From NCBI GenBank assembly GCA_026016245.1, contig CP061211.1:29449-93448 (forward strand): a DNA stretch of 64,000 nucleotides, in the 5' to 3' direction. Of this stretch, positions 1-11,000 are shown in pieces. A program made the translations under genes and the position numbers. The first letter of the stretch is position 1. Each line of letters opens with the position of its first letter. Below the pieces are notes generated by a model. It saw nothing but the letters and a program-made list of their open reading frames with translations, was not told the origin of the DNA and made no database searches. This stretch comes from Candidatus Pacearchaeota archaeon. Lineage in GTDB: Archaea > Nanobdellota > Nanobdellia > Pacearchaeales > UBA284.

Positions 1-1
1 T

Positions 2-2233
2 TTTGCTGAAGAAGAAATACCACCAACAGAATGTAAAATTATAGATGCAGATGTTAAGACATATTGTGGAACTGAAGGATGTGATAATGGAGACAAAGTT
101 GAATTGAATATAACAGTAGAAGATATGAGTAAGTGTGAGGCATTAAATGTCAATAAAATGCAAATAGATGCTTTTTCAGATGCGCAATCACAACCAACAG
201 GCATGGTTATTGGTGGAGGAGCTTTATGTAATGTTTATATGGTTAATTCAAGTGTAATAAAACAAGGTGATACTTATTTAGGAAATTGGACTGTTATAGT
301 TCCTCAAGGCTGTCAAGGAGAAACTGTAGATGCGAATATAGCAAAAGTTTTCAATAATACTGGACAAATAGCACAAAAATTTGGAAATTTCGGATCTTTT
401 GATTTTGTTGATGAACCTACAAACTGGTATGTACTTGAAGATATTAGTGTTTCACCTTCAGTTTTTGTTTTGAATATTACTGACACACAACAACTTGAAG
501 TTATTGCATTAATGAAATGGGTAAAAAACAATAGCTTCTTTACTTTGGATGTAACCCAACAAGCAGATTATATTTCAAATGATACTAGCGTTGCTTCTGT
601 TTCAGCACTCGGCTTAGTTACTGGAATTGGAGATGGGACAGGAAAAATAACTGCAGAATACACACATTCTGAGGTCACAAAAGAAGACTCTAGTATTGTT
701 AATGTCAGATATTTTGAAGATGATTATATTAGATATATTAATCTGGCTTTAAATAAATATGAAATTGAAATAAATGAAGAAACAAGTTATGAAGTTAAGG
801 CTTATTGGTCTAATGGTCTGACAACTGATATAACTTCTGAATCAGATGTTCAGAGTTTAAATCCAAATGTTGCTTCTGTAAATCAAAATACTCATAGAGT
901 TAAGGGAGAGGATGAAGGAATAGCCATCATAAATGCTAGCTATATTCATAATAATCTTCCTTATGGAGATGAAAAATTTATAATTGTTACTGGAGAAGCA
1001 GTTGGAGAATATAATCTTTCAGTTGACACATGTGGAGATACATCTATTCCACCAGATGGAGATTGTGAAGATTTTATTAATGTGAAAGGTGAAATAACTG
1101 TTAATCAAGAATCTTGGGGCATTGCACCACAAGAAAGATTCCCACTTCCTTCAGATAATTATAGAGTTTCTTTTGGTCCTCTTCAGGATTGGTATGAACC
1201 TGGGGAGATGTCAGTATTTTTGCCTCCAAATGTTTCTTTGATGGGTATTTATACTAAAGAGCCTGTGGAGTATGCTCTAATAATTGTCCAAGCTAAAGAT
1301 GAACAGACAGGACAATTTATCAATGCTTTAATTAACTTATATCTTGAAGATGATCTTGTTAATTCTACTATAAATGATGTGAGATATAATTATTCAGAGA
1401 CATATCCTATTGAATTCACAGCTGAATTTGAAGACCAAAGTGGTTACATTACACCATCTAATTTAACAATAACAATTTATGGAAATGGAATTTATTTCTT
1501 TACAGTTTATTATGAAAAAGAAGCAGTTGGAGAATGTTTCTGTGAACCAAAGCATGTTCCTTGTGGTTTTTGTTATGATTTTTATTCTGAATGTGATGGC
1601 CCTCCACAAGGACCTGGACAAATAATTCCTTGTTCACCTGGTTGGATATGTAATTATGTGACAGGAAAATGTCAACCAACTTCAACCCAAGATGAGTGTC
1701 ATGATAATGCTACTACTTGTAATATTATCACTGGTTGTTATTGGGATTATCCAGACATCCCTCCTCCTTATTGTAAACATTGCCAAACAGAAGGTCCTGA
1801 AACATGTTCAGGTTATGATAATCAGGGAACTTGTAATTTAGATCCTTGTGTTGTCAAGAATGTTGGTTGTCCTTCTGGTGCTAGTGACTGTAGATGTGAA
1901 TGGGAAACTGATGAATGTATTCTTAAATATCAACAACAAACAAATGGAGATTTTTGTGAGATAACTTTAAGACAGGGGACTTGTGAAGAAGGTTGCCAAG
2001 GAAAAATAAATTATAGATGGCAAAATTATACTTGTGATCCTGGTTCATGTTCAGAACAAGCTTGCGTGGATTTAACCTATCCTCCCCCAGATTATACAAA
2101 ATCAGAATGTGTGATTTGTCCGACACCTTTTAGAGAGCTTCCATTTTTTTCATGGTGGAATATTTTAGCTGTTGTGTCTGTATTGATAGTGTTTTATATA
2201 TTCATGCTTAGAAAAAAGAGAATTAATTATTAA
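2..2233 (+). CDS. Large surface protein, 5'-truncated at the window edge. It has a Big_2-like domain, a Cys-rich C-terminal region and a C-terminal TM anchor.
   Basis: The frame is open from nt 2 (FAEEEIPPTECK...) into the 104 ORF. A Big_2-like motif is present (SVASVSALGLVTGIGDGTGKITAEY). There are many N-x-S/T sequons. Near the C-terminus there is a dense Cys cluster followed by a hydrophobic helix, WWNILAVVSVLIVFYIF, and then RKKR. Confidence 0.6.
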   Translation, partial: FAEEEIPPTECKIIDADVKTYCGTEGCDNGDKVELNITVEDMSKCEALNVNKMQIDAFSDAQSQPTGMVIGGGALCNVYMVNSSVIKQGDTYLGNWTVIVPQGCQGETVDANIAKVFNNTGQIAQKFGNFGSFDFVDEPTNWYVLEDISVSPSVFVLNITDTQQLEVIALMKWVKNNSFFTLDVTQQADYISNDTSVASVSALGLVTGIGDGTGKITAEYTHSEVTKEDSSIVNVRYFEDDYIRYINLALNKYEIEINEETSYEVKAYWSNGLTTDITSESDVQSLNPNVASVNQNTHRVKGEDEGIAIINASYIHNNLPYGDEKFIIVTGEAVGEYNLSVDTCGDTSIPPDGDCEDFINVKGEITVNQESWGIAPQERFPLPSDNYRVSFGPLQDWYEPGEMSVFLPPNVSLMGIYTKEPVEYALIIVQAKDEQTGQFINALINLYLEDDLVNSTINDVRYNYSETYPIEFTAEFEDQSGYITPSNLTITIYGNGIYFFTVYYEKEAVGECFCEPKHVPCGFCYDFYSECDGPPQGPGQIIPCSPGWICNYVTGKCQPTSTQDECHDNATTCNIITGCYWDYPDIPPPYCKHCQTEGPETCSGYDNQGTCNLDPCVVKNVGCPSGASDCRCEWETDECILKYQQQTNGDFCEITLRQGTCEEGCQGKINYRWQNYTCDPGSCSEQACVDLTYPPPDYTKSECVICPTPFRELPFFSWWNILAVVSVLIVFYIFMLRKKRINY

Positions 2234-2263
2234 ATTATTTTTTCCTGGTAAAAAAGAGGTGAA

Positions 2264-4942
2264 ATGATAAAAAAAGAAGGAGTGATTTTAGTATTAGTAT
2301 TTTTTATTTTATGTTGTTCTTTTAGTTCTGCTTCTGTTATTCCTGGAAATCCTTTTTTTAATTTAAGTCAAGGAAGTTTTGGTCCAGGCCAAGTTCTTGA
2401 GGGTTATTTTAACTTTTCTTTGGAAAATGAACCTGGTAATATTATGGTTAGCGGGCAAGTTGCTGCTGAGATGAAAGAGATGAATCTTCTTGATTTTTTA
2501 CAAGAAGGAGAAGTAGATTTTAATTGTGATCCTAGTGATTGTGATGTTACTTACCAGGCATCGATTCCTTCCCAAACAAAGACAGTAGTTCTTAGTGAAG
2601 AAGAGAAGTATTTTGGTTTAGTTGCTTTTGGTACTAATCCCCAGATTTTGAACTTAAGTTTTTATCTTACTGGACAAAGCACTGCTAATCCTATTTGTGG
2701 TGAATCTCCTTTGAAAATTGATTTGCTTGATGATGGCATTATAGATTATGAATATAAAGAGCCAAGTGGAGAATGGTGTTCTGATTTAAGACATAGTAGA
2801 TGTTATGATCCTTCTATTGCTACTGGTGTTTCTGTTTTAACTTCTACTCCTCTTTGCCAGAAAATTTCTCTGAATAAGACAGGAAGGTTAGAAGTTGCTG
2901 CTGAACTTAAAGTGTATAGTGGTGAACCTTGGGATTATGATATAGAATTTACTGTTTATGATTTAGGTGGTAGTTTAATTGGAAACTGCAGTGTTGATTA
3001 TTTTTATGAATTAGAATATAGTTTTGCAAAATGTTTTATAGGTCCTGAATTTCTAGGAGAGGAATCAACATTCTTTATTGAAGAAGCAGGTGATTATCTT
3101 CTTTGTATCAGGAATAAGGGAACAAGTAGTGCAGAATATTGGATTAAAAAAGAAACTCAAGAAGAGGTTTGTGGTTTTTATGGAGAGCCGCCTTCACAGA
3201 CTTATAATGAGGATTATTCTATTTATGTTCATGAAGCTAAATTTAATGCTTTTACTGAGGAAGTTGTTTTTGATGAGAGCATGCATCTTGGTGATGTTCC
3301 TTTAATGACTTATGTCCAGAATTATATTAATTCAGAATATGGAGGTAATTGTACTGGATTTAGTGGTTGTATTATTCCTATAAAATTTATTTCATCAGCT
3401 AGCCAGACTTTGACATTGAGTGATATCAACTTCAAATATCACCCACAAGGCACTTCTCCAACTTATAATAATTATTTTTATGATTTGATTGTTGAGTGGC
3501 CTAAAATTGATATGGATATACAGACAGTTCCATTCTCTATTCTTAATCTTAGTGCGCCTGAACAGCCAGGTTTCCAGATGGTTTTAGCTAAGATTGGAAT
3601 AGCTTCGAGAAGTCTTGGTTTTGATGTTGCAGAAGTCCCAACAATCCAAAGTGTTAGTCCTCTTATTGTAATTCCAGGAAAGCTAACAGAATTTAGGACT
3701 GTTGCTACTGCTCCAGCTGGCAAACAGATTATTCAATATAGATGGGATTTTGGTGATGGTTCAGGAGAGCAAATGACAGCTGGGCCTAATATAACACATA
3801 CATACAGCCAGATAAAAACATATATTTTAACTGTCAAGGCTCAAGATACTTCTGGTTTGGTTGGTTCAAGAACTTTTACTATTACCAGCAATATAACCCG
3901 CGAACTTTTGAATACTACAATACAGAATTTAAGAATAAGATTGGATAATTTTGCTTCTCAGTACAATAATATTGAATATTGGTACAGAGATATGATTGGA
4001 GTGAATGTTACAATAATAAGCACAACCCTTGATGTTTTAGAATCTCAATTAGCTACAGCAACCCAAACACAGCTTCTTGATATTAAAAATGAACTTGATG
4101 CTTTGAATGTTCCAATATCTATAAATGATACTTTGGTTTTGAGAGATTCTCCTTATATTCCAAATTTAAATGAAATAGATCCAAGTTATGTTAGTGATAT
4201 GACAGGAGAGGATTATGATTCAAATCTCAAAACAGAATATCAGAATGCTGTGGCTTTATGGCAGCAGGATAATGTTAATTTGAGATTAGGAGGAGAGGCA
4301 AAAGCTTTATTTTATGAAGATAGAATAGAAGATAAGATTACAGTTGTTAATATAAAAGTTGATCCTCTTGTTGGTATTTCTAATGCTTATGTTATTTTCT
4401 CCTTGCCTTATGGTGTTAGTTACAATGATGTCAGATTACTGCATGATGCATATGAAGTAAGTGATTTAAATGATGCTATTGGCTTTGTCTATACTGGCTT
4501 AAGTGGCTTGGAAACAATTAGTATAACATTGCCAGGCAAGGTTGATTTTTCAGATATTAATTTTTATATCTCACCTTCTCTTCAGGAAGTACAAGTAGGA
4601 GTACAACCTCTGACAGAGCCACCAAAGAAACCACCCTATCTTCTAGCAATATTTTTAATAATTGTTATTGCGATAGTTGTCCTTATTATCTTATGGTTTA
4701 TATGGAAAGGCTCTGGGAAAAGAGAGAAAAAGAAGCTGTTCAAGAATCCTATGGATCTTTATCATATTACTAATTTTATTTCTAACAATCAAGCTGCTGG
4801 AGTTCCAAAAAACAAGATAATAGAGAGGCTGAAAAAAGCTGGTTGGTCAAAAAAACAAATAGATCATGCTTTTAAACAAATTGGAAAACAGAAACCAATT
4901 TTTACACCTTCAGTGAAAAGAAGACCCACAAGAAGAATTTAA
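2264..4942 (+). CDS. Secreted surface protein with a PKD domain and a C-terminal TM anchor
   Basis: Signal peptide MIKKEGVILVLVFFILCCSFSSA. PKD-like motif (YRWDFGDGSGEQMTAGPNITHTYSQ...). C-terminal TM helix LLAIFLIIVIAIVVLIILWFIW followed by a basic tail. An AAGAGGTGA Shine-Dalgarno motif precedes the ATG. Confidence 0.6.
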   Translation: MIKKEGVILVLVFFILCCSFSSASVIPGNPFFNLSQGSFGPGQVLEGYFNFSLENEPGNIMVSGQVAAEMKEMNLLDFLQEGEVDFNCDPSDCDVTYQASIPSQTKTVVLSEEEKYFGLVAFGTNPQILNLSFYLTGQSTANPICGESPLKIDLLDDGIIDYEYKEPSGEWCSDLRHSRCYDPSIATGVSVLTSTPLCQKISLNKTGRLEVAAELKVYSGEPWDYDIEFTVYDLGGSLIGNCSVDYFYELEYSFAKCFIGPEFLGEESTFFIEEAGDYLLCIRNKGTSSAEYWIKKETQEEVCGFYGEPPSQTYNEDYSIYVHEAKFNAFTEEVVFDESMHLGDVPLMTYVQNYINSEYGGNCTGFSGCIIPIKFISSASQTLTLSDINFKYHPQGTSPTYNNYFYDLIVEWPKIDMDIQTVPFSILNLSAPEQPGFQMVLAKIGIASRSLGFDVAEVPTIQSVSPLIVIPGKLTEFRTVATAPAGKQIIQYRWDFGDGSGEQMTAGPNITHTYSQIKTYILTVKAQDTSGLVGSRTFTITSNITRELLNTTIQNLRIRLDNFASQYNNIEYWYRDMIGVNVTIISTTLDVLESQLATATQTQLLDIKNELDALNVPISINDTLVLRDSPYIPNLNEIDPSYVSDMTGEDYDSNLKTEYQNAVALWQQDNVNLRLGGEAKALFYEDRIEDKITVVNIKVDPLVGISNAYVIFSLPYGVSYNDVRLLHDAYEVSDLNDAIGFVYTGLSGLETISITLPGKVDFSDINFYISPSLQEVQVGVQPLTEPPKKPPYLLAIFLIIVIAIVVLIILWFIWKGSGKREKKKLFKNPMDLYHITNFISNNQAAGVPKNKIIERLKKAGWSKKQIDHAFKQIGKQKPIFTPSVKRRPTRRI

Positions 4943-4947
4943 TTTTA

Positions 4948-7212
4948 TTAAGAAGGTTTAGGAGCTGGAGGCAAAGGTTTTGGTTTTCTTACTGGTTTTA
5001 TTGGCATTGGTTTTGGCTTTATAGGTCTGGCTATTGGTTTTGCAGGCATTCTTACTGGCCTTGCTGGAGCTCTTCCTGGTGGCATTCTTCTTACAGGCCT
5101 AGATGGCATCATTCCAGGAAACTCCAATTTGGGTTTGGCTGGTTTTGCTTTCTTCCTTTTTTTAATGGATAGGAATATTAAAACACCTAATCCTAAGACT
5201 AAGAAAATGATGAGAGTTGTTAGCCATGGGAACACACTTGGTTTTTTACATTTCCCTAAACAACATCTGCTTGTATCAGAAGCTTCAACAATTGTTCCGT
5301 CACAAGCAAGGCTAGCATTACAGGCAGTTCCTCCTAAAGACGAACATGAACTTAAACAGCTTCCATCAACACAACATCTCGTAGCCTCACTTGTCTCATA
5401 CATTGTTCCAGAACAAATCTGTCCAGCTTCACAAGAAACACCAGGACAGGTTTTTGGAATACATTTCCCTCCTTGGATACAACAAGTTTGTTGGCCACCA
5501 GTATTAGCAGCCTCCACTAAAGTTCCGTCTTTACAATCCTCGTCACTAGCACAAATCTCACCACCCATTACAGCGCAGGTTTGAGAACCTGTACAAAAAC
5601 CTGATTCACAGCAATAATTTGTATCAGAAGCAACAATCCATCTGTCTGAAGGACATGATTTTCCTTGACTAGGATCACAAATCTCTCCTCCAAGATCAAA
5701 ACAAGTATCACTTGCTGTTGTGCAAACCCCTTTACAACAATAAGGAGTGTCAGCTGATACAATGAATGGAATTATATTACCAAGATTATCCAAACATTTC
5801 TGTCCAGAGCCGCAAATCTGGCCACCTATCTCATTAATACACATTGATTTATCATAAGGTTTACAACATTTCAATCCTGGCTCACAGATATAAGGAACTT
5901 CAGTTTCATTGTCAGAACAAGAACTTTTACAAGAACCATATTTATCTTCACATGACTGGGCAATATCACAACATTCACGATCTCCAAAACAAGCATAAGG
6001 TTGAGATATGCCACCACTATTACTGCAATTGATAACACAACTATATCCATATTGCTCACATTCAGAAAGTAATTCTAGAGTCGGCCAAACTCCAAGAAGA
6101 ATTAAAGCTGTATCACGAACATTATCGCAAGCTGATCCAGAACATTCCCAGCTTCCATCTTGTTTTTGTTCTTCTAATAATGTTTCTTTTGTCTTTTCAA
6201 TATCTCCTGCCATGGCTTGGGTCATTAATACAACAAGAGCAGTATCATAATATTTGTTAGAAGAACCTTGTCCAAGCCATAATCCATCAGCTCTTTGTAA
6301 TGCTATTAGTTCTGAAATAAAACTTTGTTTTTTTGTTATTTCATAAAGGAAAGGTTGAGGCATATATTGCAGATTTTCATCATAATTTATTACAAGGTAA
6401 GGCATAAATGTTTTTGCTGTATTTATTTTTCCTTGCTTCATGAATGCATAAGCTGTCCATAAACTTGCTTCATAATCACATGATCCAAGAGTTGTGATAC
6501 AAGAAGAATTCAAACCTATAGAAAGAAGTCCCTGAGGGCCAGCTTCTTCATACAAGCCAGGAACATACCAATCATTTTCTTTCTTGAATAAAAAATTAGC
6601 TATAACACTTTCATTACAACTGACATTGAAAATTTTATCAGAACATTCTGGACTAAGACTTAACCAATAATTTTCAGCTATTGTAAAACAAGATCCTGGA
6701 TTGCCTCCTAATTTGTCTTCTTTATCAATACTAATTTCATAATCAGTATTATCATAGAACAAAAGACAGCGGGCAGGAACATTGTTGGTTGTTAATTGCA
6801 AATACCAATCAATTCCAGTAGGCATGGCTGTCTTGTTTAATAGCCATTCATTTGCTTTTTCTGTGTCTTCTCCTATTGCATCAAGGGCAAGTTTTGCAAG
6901 AGCTGTATCTTTTGTTTTACAGTTTGGAGAAGGCCAGCATGTCTCATTTTCAAAGCTCTTGTCAATCAACTTTATTTTTGATGCTTTGGTTTGTGCAAGA
7001 CTCATTTCATCTCGTAAAACAAGTAATGAGAAAACATGTTGTTCTATATTGAGATTTTGCCATCTTCCAATAGCTTTATTTTTTAACCAGAGATAAGCTC
7101 TTTTAATTTGTATTTTTTCTTGTTCTTGCTGAGCAGAGATTAAAAAAGAGCATAAAAAAAGTATTAGAATAAATACTATAAATAATAGAGCAAAGCCTCT
7201 TTTCTTATTCAT
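4948..7212 (-). CDS. Secreted modular surface protein. Its parts are a signal peptide, alpha/alpha-toroid-like repeats, tandem Cys-rich modules, a TM helix, and a Pro/Lys-rich cytoplasmic tail.
   Basis: The N-terminal signal is MNKKRGFALLFIVFILILFLCSF. The QRADGLWLGQ...DGSWECSG segment resembles terpenoid-cyclase or thioester-type repeats. The repeated Cys-rich modules include GGEICDPSQGKSC, GGEICASDEDCKDG and GGTACNASLACDG. A TM helix, LTTLIIFLVLGLGVLIFLSI, is followed by the tail KPKPMPIKPVRKPKPLPPAPKPS. Confidence 0.55.
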   Translation of the reverse strand: MNKKRGFALLFIVFILILFLCSFLISAQQEQEKIQIKRAYLWLKNKAIGRWQNLNIEQHVFSLLVLRDEMSLAQTKASKIKLIDKSFENETCWPSPNCKTKDTALAKLALDAIGEDTEKANEWLLNKTAMPTGIDWYLQLTTNNVPARCLLFYDNTDYEISIDKEDKLGGNPGSCFTIAENYWLSLSPECSDKIFNVSCNESVIANFLFKKENDWYVPGLYEEAGPQGLLSIGLNSSCITTLGSCDYEASLWTAYAFMKQGKINTAKTFMPYLVINYDENLQYMPQPFLYEITKKQSFISELIALQRADGLWLGQGSSNKYYDTALVVLMTQAMAGDIEKTKETLLEEQKQDGSWECSGSACDNVRDTALILLGVWPTLELLSECEQYGYSCVINCSNSGGISQPYACFGDRECCDIAQSCEDKYGSCKSSCSDNETEVPYICEPGLKCCKPYDKSMCINEIGGQICGSGQKCLDNLGNIIPFIVSADTPYCCKGVCTTASDTCFDLGGEICDPSQGKSCPSDRWIVASDTNYCCESGFCTGSQTCAVMGGEICASDEDCKDGTLVEAANTGGQQTCCIQGGKCIPKTCPGVSCEAGQICSGTMYETSEATRCCVDGSCLSSCSSLGGTACNASLACDGTIVEASDTSRCCLGKCKKPSVFPWLTTLIIFLVLGLGVLIFLSIKKRKKAKPAKPKLEFPGMMPSRPVRRMPPGRAPARPVRMPAKPIARPIKPKPMPIKPVRKPKPLPPAPKPS

Positions 7213-7257
7213 AGTTCTCTAAGCATTTTAATATTTAAAAAACTTTTTAAATGTCAG

Positions 7258-8052
7258 ATGATACTAAGAAATATGGATAGAGATAAAAGAGGACAGGTAA
7301 CTCTTTTTATTATAATTGCTATTGTTATTGTGGCTGTTGTGATTCTAGCTATTGTTCTTGTCCCACAACTTCTTCCTAGAGAAAGAATTCCCCCAACAGT
7401 ACTTGATCCAGAAGCTTATATTGCTGATTGCGTTAACTTACATTTAGAACCATTAGTTGAGGTACTTGCAAGTCAAGGAGGCTATTTGGAAACAGGAAAT
7501 TGTATTTTTTATGAAGATATCTGCAGGCATTATTTATGTTATACTACTACTCCTTATATTAATTGCACTAATCAAGAACCTTTACTTAAAGAGCATGTTG
7601 AAGAAGAATTAAAAACTAAGCTGCAACAAGAAAATGTGGTTAAAAATTGTATTTCTAGTTTTGCTGAAGCTGCAAGAAAACAGAATTGGAATGTTGAAGC
7701 ATGCTCTGTTCCAAAATTTTCAGTTAATTTGACAGAAGGCAGGATTAATATCCCTATAGAGTGTGATATAACAATGTCTAAAGGACAGGAAGTTAAAAAA
7801 TTTGAAGAACTTAATCCTTTTTTAAAATGGCCTTTGTTTGAATTTGTTATACTTAGTAAAGAAATTATTAATGAAGAAATAGAAAATTGTGATTTTGATC
7901 CCTTAGCTTATATGACTATGCATTATCAGATTGAGATTGAGAAATTTAGAACAGGCGATGGAAGTAAGATTTATATACTTCGGGAAAGAGAAACTGGAAA
8001 AGAATTTGTATTTGCTGTAAGAAATTGTGTGTTACCAGGAGGGGTATTTTAG
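7258..8052 (+). CDS. Small membrane-anchored, Cys-containing hypothetical protein
   Basis: N-terminal TM helix LFIIIAIVIVAVVILAIVLV. No recognisable catalytic motif. Confidence 0.4.
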   Translation: MILRNMDRDKRGQVTLFIIIAIVIVAVVILAIVLVPQLLPRERIPPTVLDPEAYIADCVNLHLEPLVEVLASQGGYLETGNCIFYEDICRHYLCYTTTPYINCTNQEPLLKEHVEEELKTKLQQENVVKNCISSFAEAARKQNWNVEACSVPKFSVNLTEGRINIPIECDITMSKGQEVKKFEELNPFLKWPLFEFVILSKEIINEEIENCDFDPLAYMTMHYQIEIEKFRTGDGSKIYILRERETGKEFVFAVRNCVLPGGVF

Positions 8053-8053
8053 A

Positions 8054-11000
8054 ATGCCAAACAGGAAAAACAAAGGTGATATGGCAATAGCATTATTCCT
8101 TTCATTTTTGGCAGTAATGATGCCAGTGACCTTTACATCATTACAACCAGAATTTACAGAAGAAGGAATAAAACAAAATTCTATCATTGAAACTTTCTCA
8201 GAAATAGTCTTATTTTTTGATCTAATTCCAAGTGTAGCTGCTTCTGATTATTTTGGATGCTGTGAAGAAACAAAAAATAAAGCTAAATGTGTTATAACTC
8301 TTGAGAATGAATGTAAGGTTAATAAATGGCATAATGGAACAGCTTGTGATACTGTATGCCAGATAGGTTGTTGTATAGATAATGAAGGAATGTGTATTAA
8401 AAATTCTATAAATACAGATTGTCAACTTGGAACTTTTATTGTTAAGGATCCAAGTTGTGAACAGAGTCCTTTATGCAAGGAAGGTTGTTGTACAATTGGT
8501 TATCAAAAAAGATGGACAACAAATTTAACTTGTGTTAATGTTTATAATGGTGTTTGGGATAGTGCTGTTCCTGATTGGTTGACTTGTATTAAACAAGCTT
8601 ATGAAGAACAGCATGGATGTTGTAAAAGTTATGCTGGTTGTGAGTATATTACAGGACAAGAATGCCAGGGCAAATCAGGATATTTTTTCTCAAATATGAA
8701 GTGCTATGAGAATATTCCTGGCTGCGAGATTTGTCAATTACAGCCTACTGAAGGAAAATGTATAGAAGGTTTTCCTGATTTATACAAGACAGATAGTTGT
8801 GGGAATGTTTATAGTGATGAAATTAAAAAATATTGTACTGGTGGTTTTTGTAATCCTGAGACAAATCAATGTGAATCTGGAGATTGTTTTAATATCTACA
8901 AAAATTATGTTGGTGGAGAATTTGGGCCTAAAGAATCTTCAGACAAAGCAAAAAGTGGTGAGGCTTGGTGTGTTTATGATACTCTTAGTGACTTAGGTAA
9001 TGGAACAGCACCTGTAGGTTCACGACACTGGAGACGTTATTGTTTATATGGGCAAGAATATAATGAGCCTTGTGCAGATTACAGACAAGAAGTTTGTATG
9101 GGTTTTGGAGAAGGAGGGCAAGCAGAATATGCCAACTGTGCTCCAAATGGATGGAGACTATGTGCTAATGTTACATCAAAAAATGAATGTAATGAGAATC
9201 CTTTCTGTTTCTGGTGGACAGATTTTGGTGAACAACATGAAGACCTAGGTCTTGGTAGCGGATTGAAAGATGCAATTGATAAAGTAGGTAATGATAAATG
9301 GCGTATTTTTGCTGAAGAAAAAATAGAATCTGGAAAAAGTAAAAGAGAGAAAGGAGACCCACAAATTTGTTTACCTAAAATACCTCCAGGCTATAGTGAA
9401 CTTAATCAAGAGCTTGGTTGTGTTGGAGCTGGAAGTTCTATGTGTGTTTATGAAGAAGCTTGGTGGGGTTTAGATACAGAAAATAAAGAATGTCGTGATG
9501 ATGAATGGCGTATTACATCTGCACACACATGTAGAAGTGTAGGAGATTGTGGAACTTGGTTTAATTGGGTTGGAGAGCCTATGTCTGGTTTTAGGATCAT
9601 AGAAGTTGAAGAAGGAGATGTAGAAAGAGAGAAAAAAGAAATAATGATACCACAAGCATATACTGATTTTGTTTCAGAACATATTAAAGGAGTAAAGGGA
9701 GCTGGTGGCTTAGGCCTCTTGAATATTTTTGCAGCTGCTTTTGTAGTTTGGGCTGGAGGTTATTTAGGAGTTGCAGTTTTAGATCTAGTTGGTGTAGACG
9801 TTTTTTTCAGTGGTGTACCTTGGGCAATGTTTAGTGTCAGTAAAGGATCATTAACTACAGCAGGTATAGTGGTTGGATGGTCTATTATAGCTACTGGAGT
9901 GATCTTAATTTTATGGTCTTTTTGGATTTCACCAGGAGCAAAACAAGGAGCAATGCAATCAATTGGTGCTGGCCTTATTTCAGGAGGTGCTGCTGCTTTA
10001 GCAGGATTAACTGCTGTTCCTGCTGTACTTGTTGGCATTGTAATTGCTGGAATTGCTGCTCTTTTATACTGGTTAGGTTATAGTAAGGAATTTTATTATC
10101 AACAATGTAATCCTTCAATGCCTCCTCTTAATGGAAATGACTGTCATCTTTGTAATGAAGATTCTGAAAGGCCTTGTTCTAAGTATAGATGTGAGAGTCT
10201 AGGAGCTGCCTGTTCATATAATGATACTATAACTGTTGGTGGTAAAACATACCAGCTTGCAGATTCTGAATGTATAGCAACAATAAATGATGGTGCTCCT
10301 CCTTGGATTACTGAAATAGAGGCTTTTGACATGGAAGGAAGGAGTATCTTCAAAAGAACAGGATTAGGAACAATGCCTACAACCATCAATATTAATATGG
10401 GCGGCCAACCTATTCCTGATGGCACGCAACTTGTAATACAAATAAACTTGAATGAAAAAGCATTTTGTATGTGGGATATTGAAAGCACAGCCAACATTGG
10501 AGAGATGGACTTCCCTTATCAAAGTTCTGTATTGCGGGATGAGCTAAGACAGCAATTCCTAGTGAAACAGGCTCTGCCACAATATTATGTAAGATGTGCT
10601 GATGTTTATGGCAATGCGAACATTGCAGAATACATTTTCAAATTTTCAACTACAACAGGACCAGATTTAACACCACCAGTTATTTTAGGTACAGATAGAG
10701 ATTATAATCCTTATTTTGGATATAGTGTTACTGAGCTTCCTTTATCTATTTATATTAGTGAAGATGCTTTTTGTCGTTGGAACCCAGGACAGGACACTGA
10801 TTATGAATTAATGTCACAAGAAACAGAATGTGAAACAGATATCACACCGACTGGATGGGAATGTGAAACAACCCTCACTGGCTTGCAGCCAGATATTGCA
10901 AATCCTTTCTATATAAGATGTAAAGACAAAAGTCCTCAAGAAAATGTTATGCCTAGCGGTTACCTTCTTACATTACTTCCTACACCGCCTTTATTAATCA

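Noticed and set aside
5129-5584. 151-aa plus-strand ORF inside the 4948-7212 surface-protein gene
   Set aside because: Antisense to a long, well-supported CDS. No motifs. Treated as a spurious six-frame artefact, as were 313-531, 1500-1685, 3078-3305, 22387-22794, 36690-37037 and 48292-48651.
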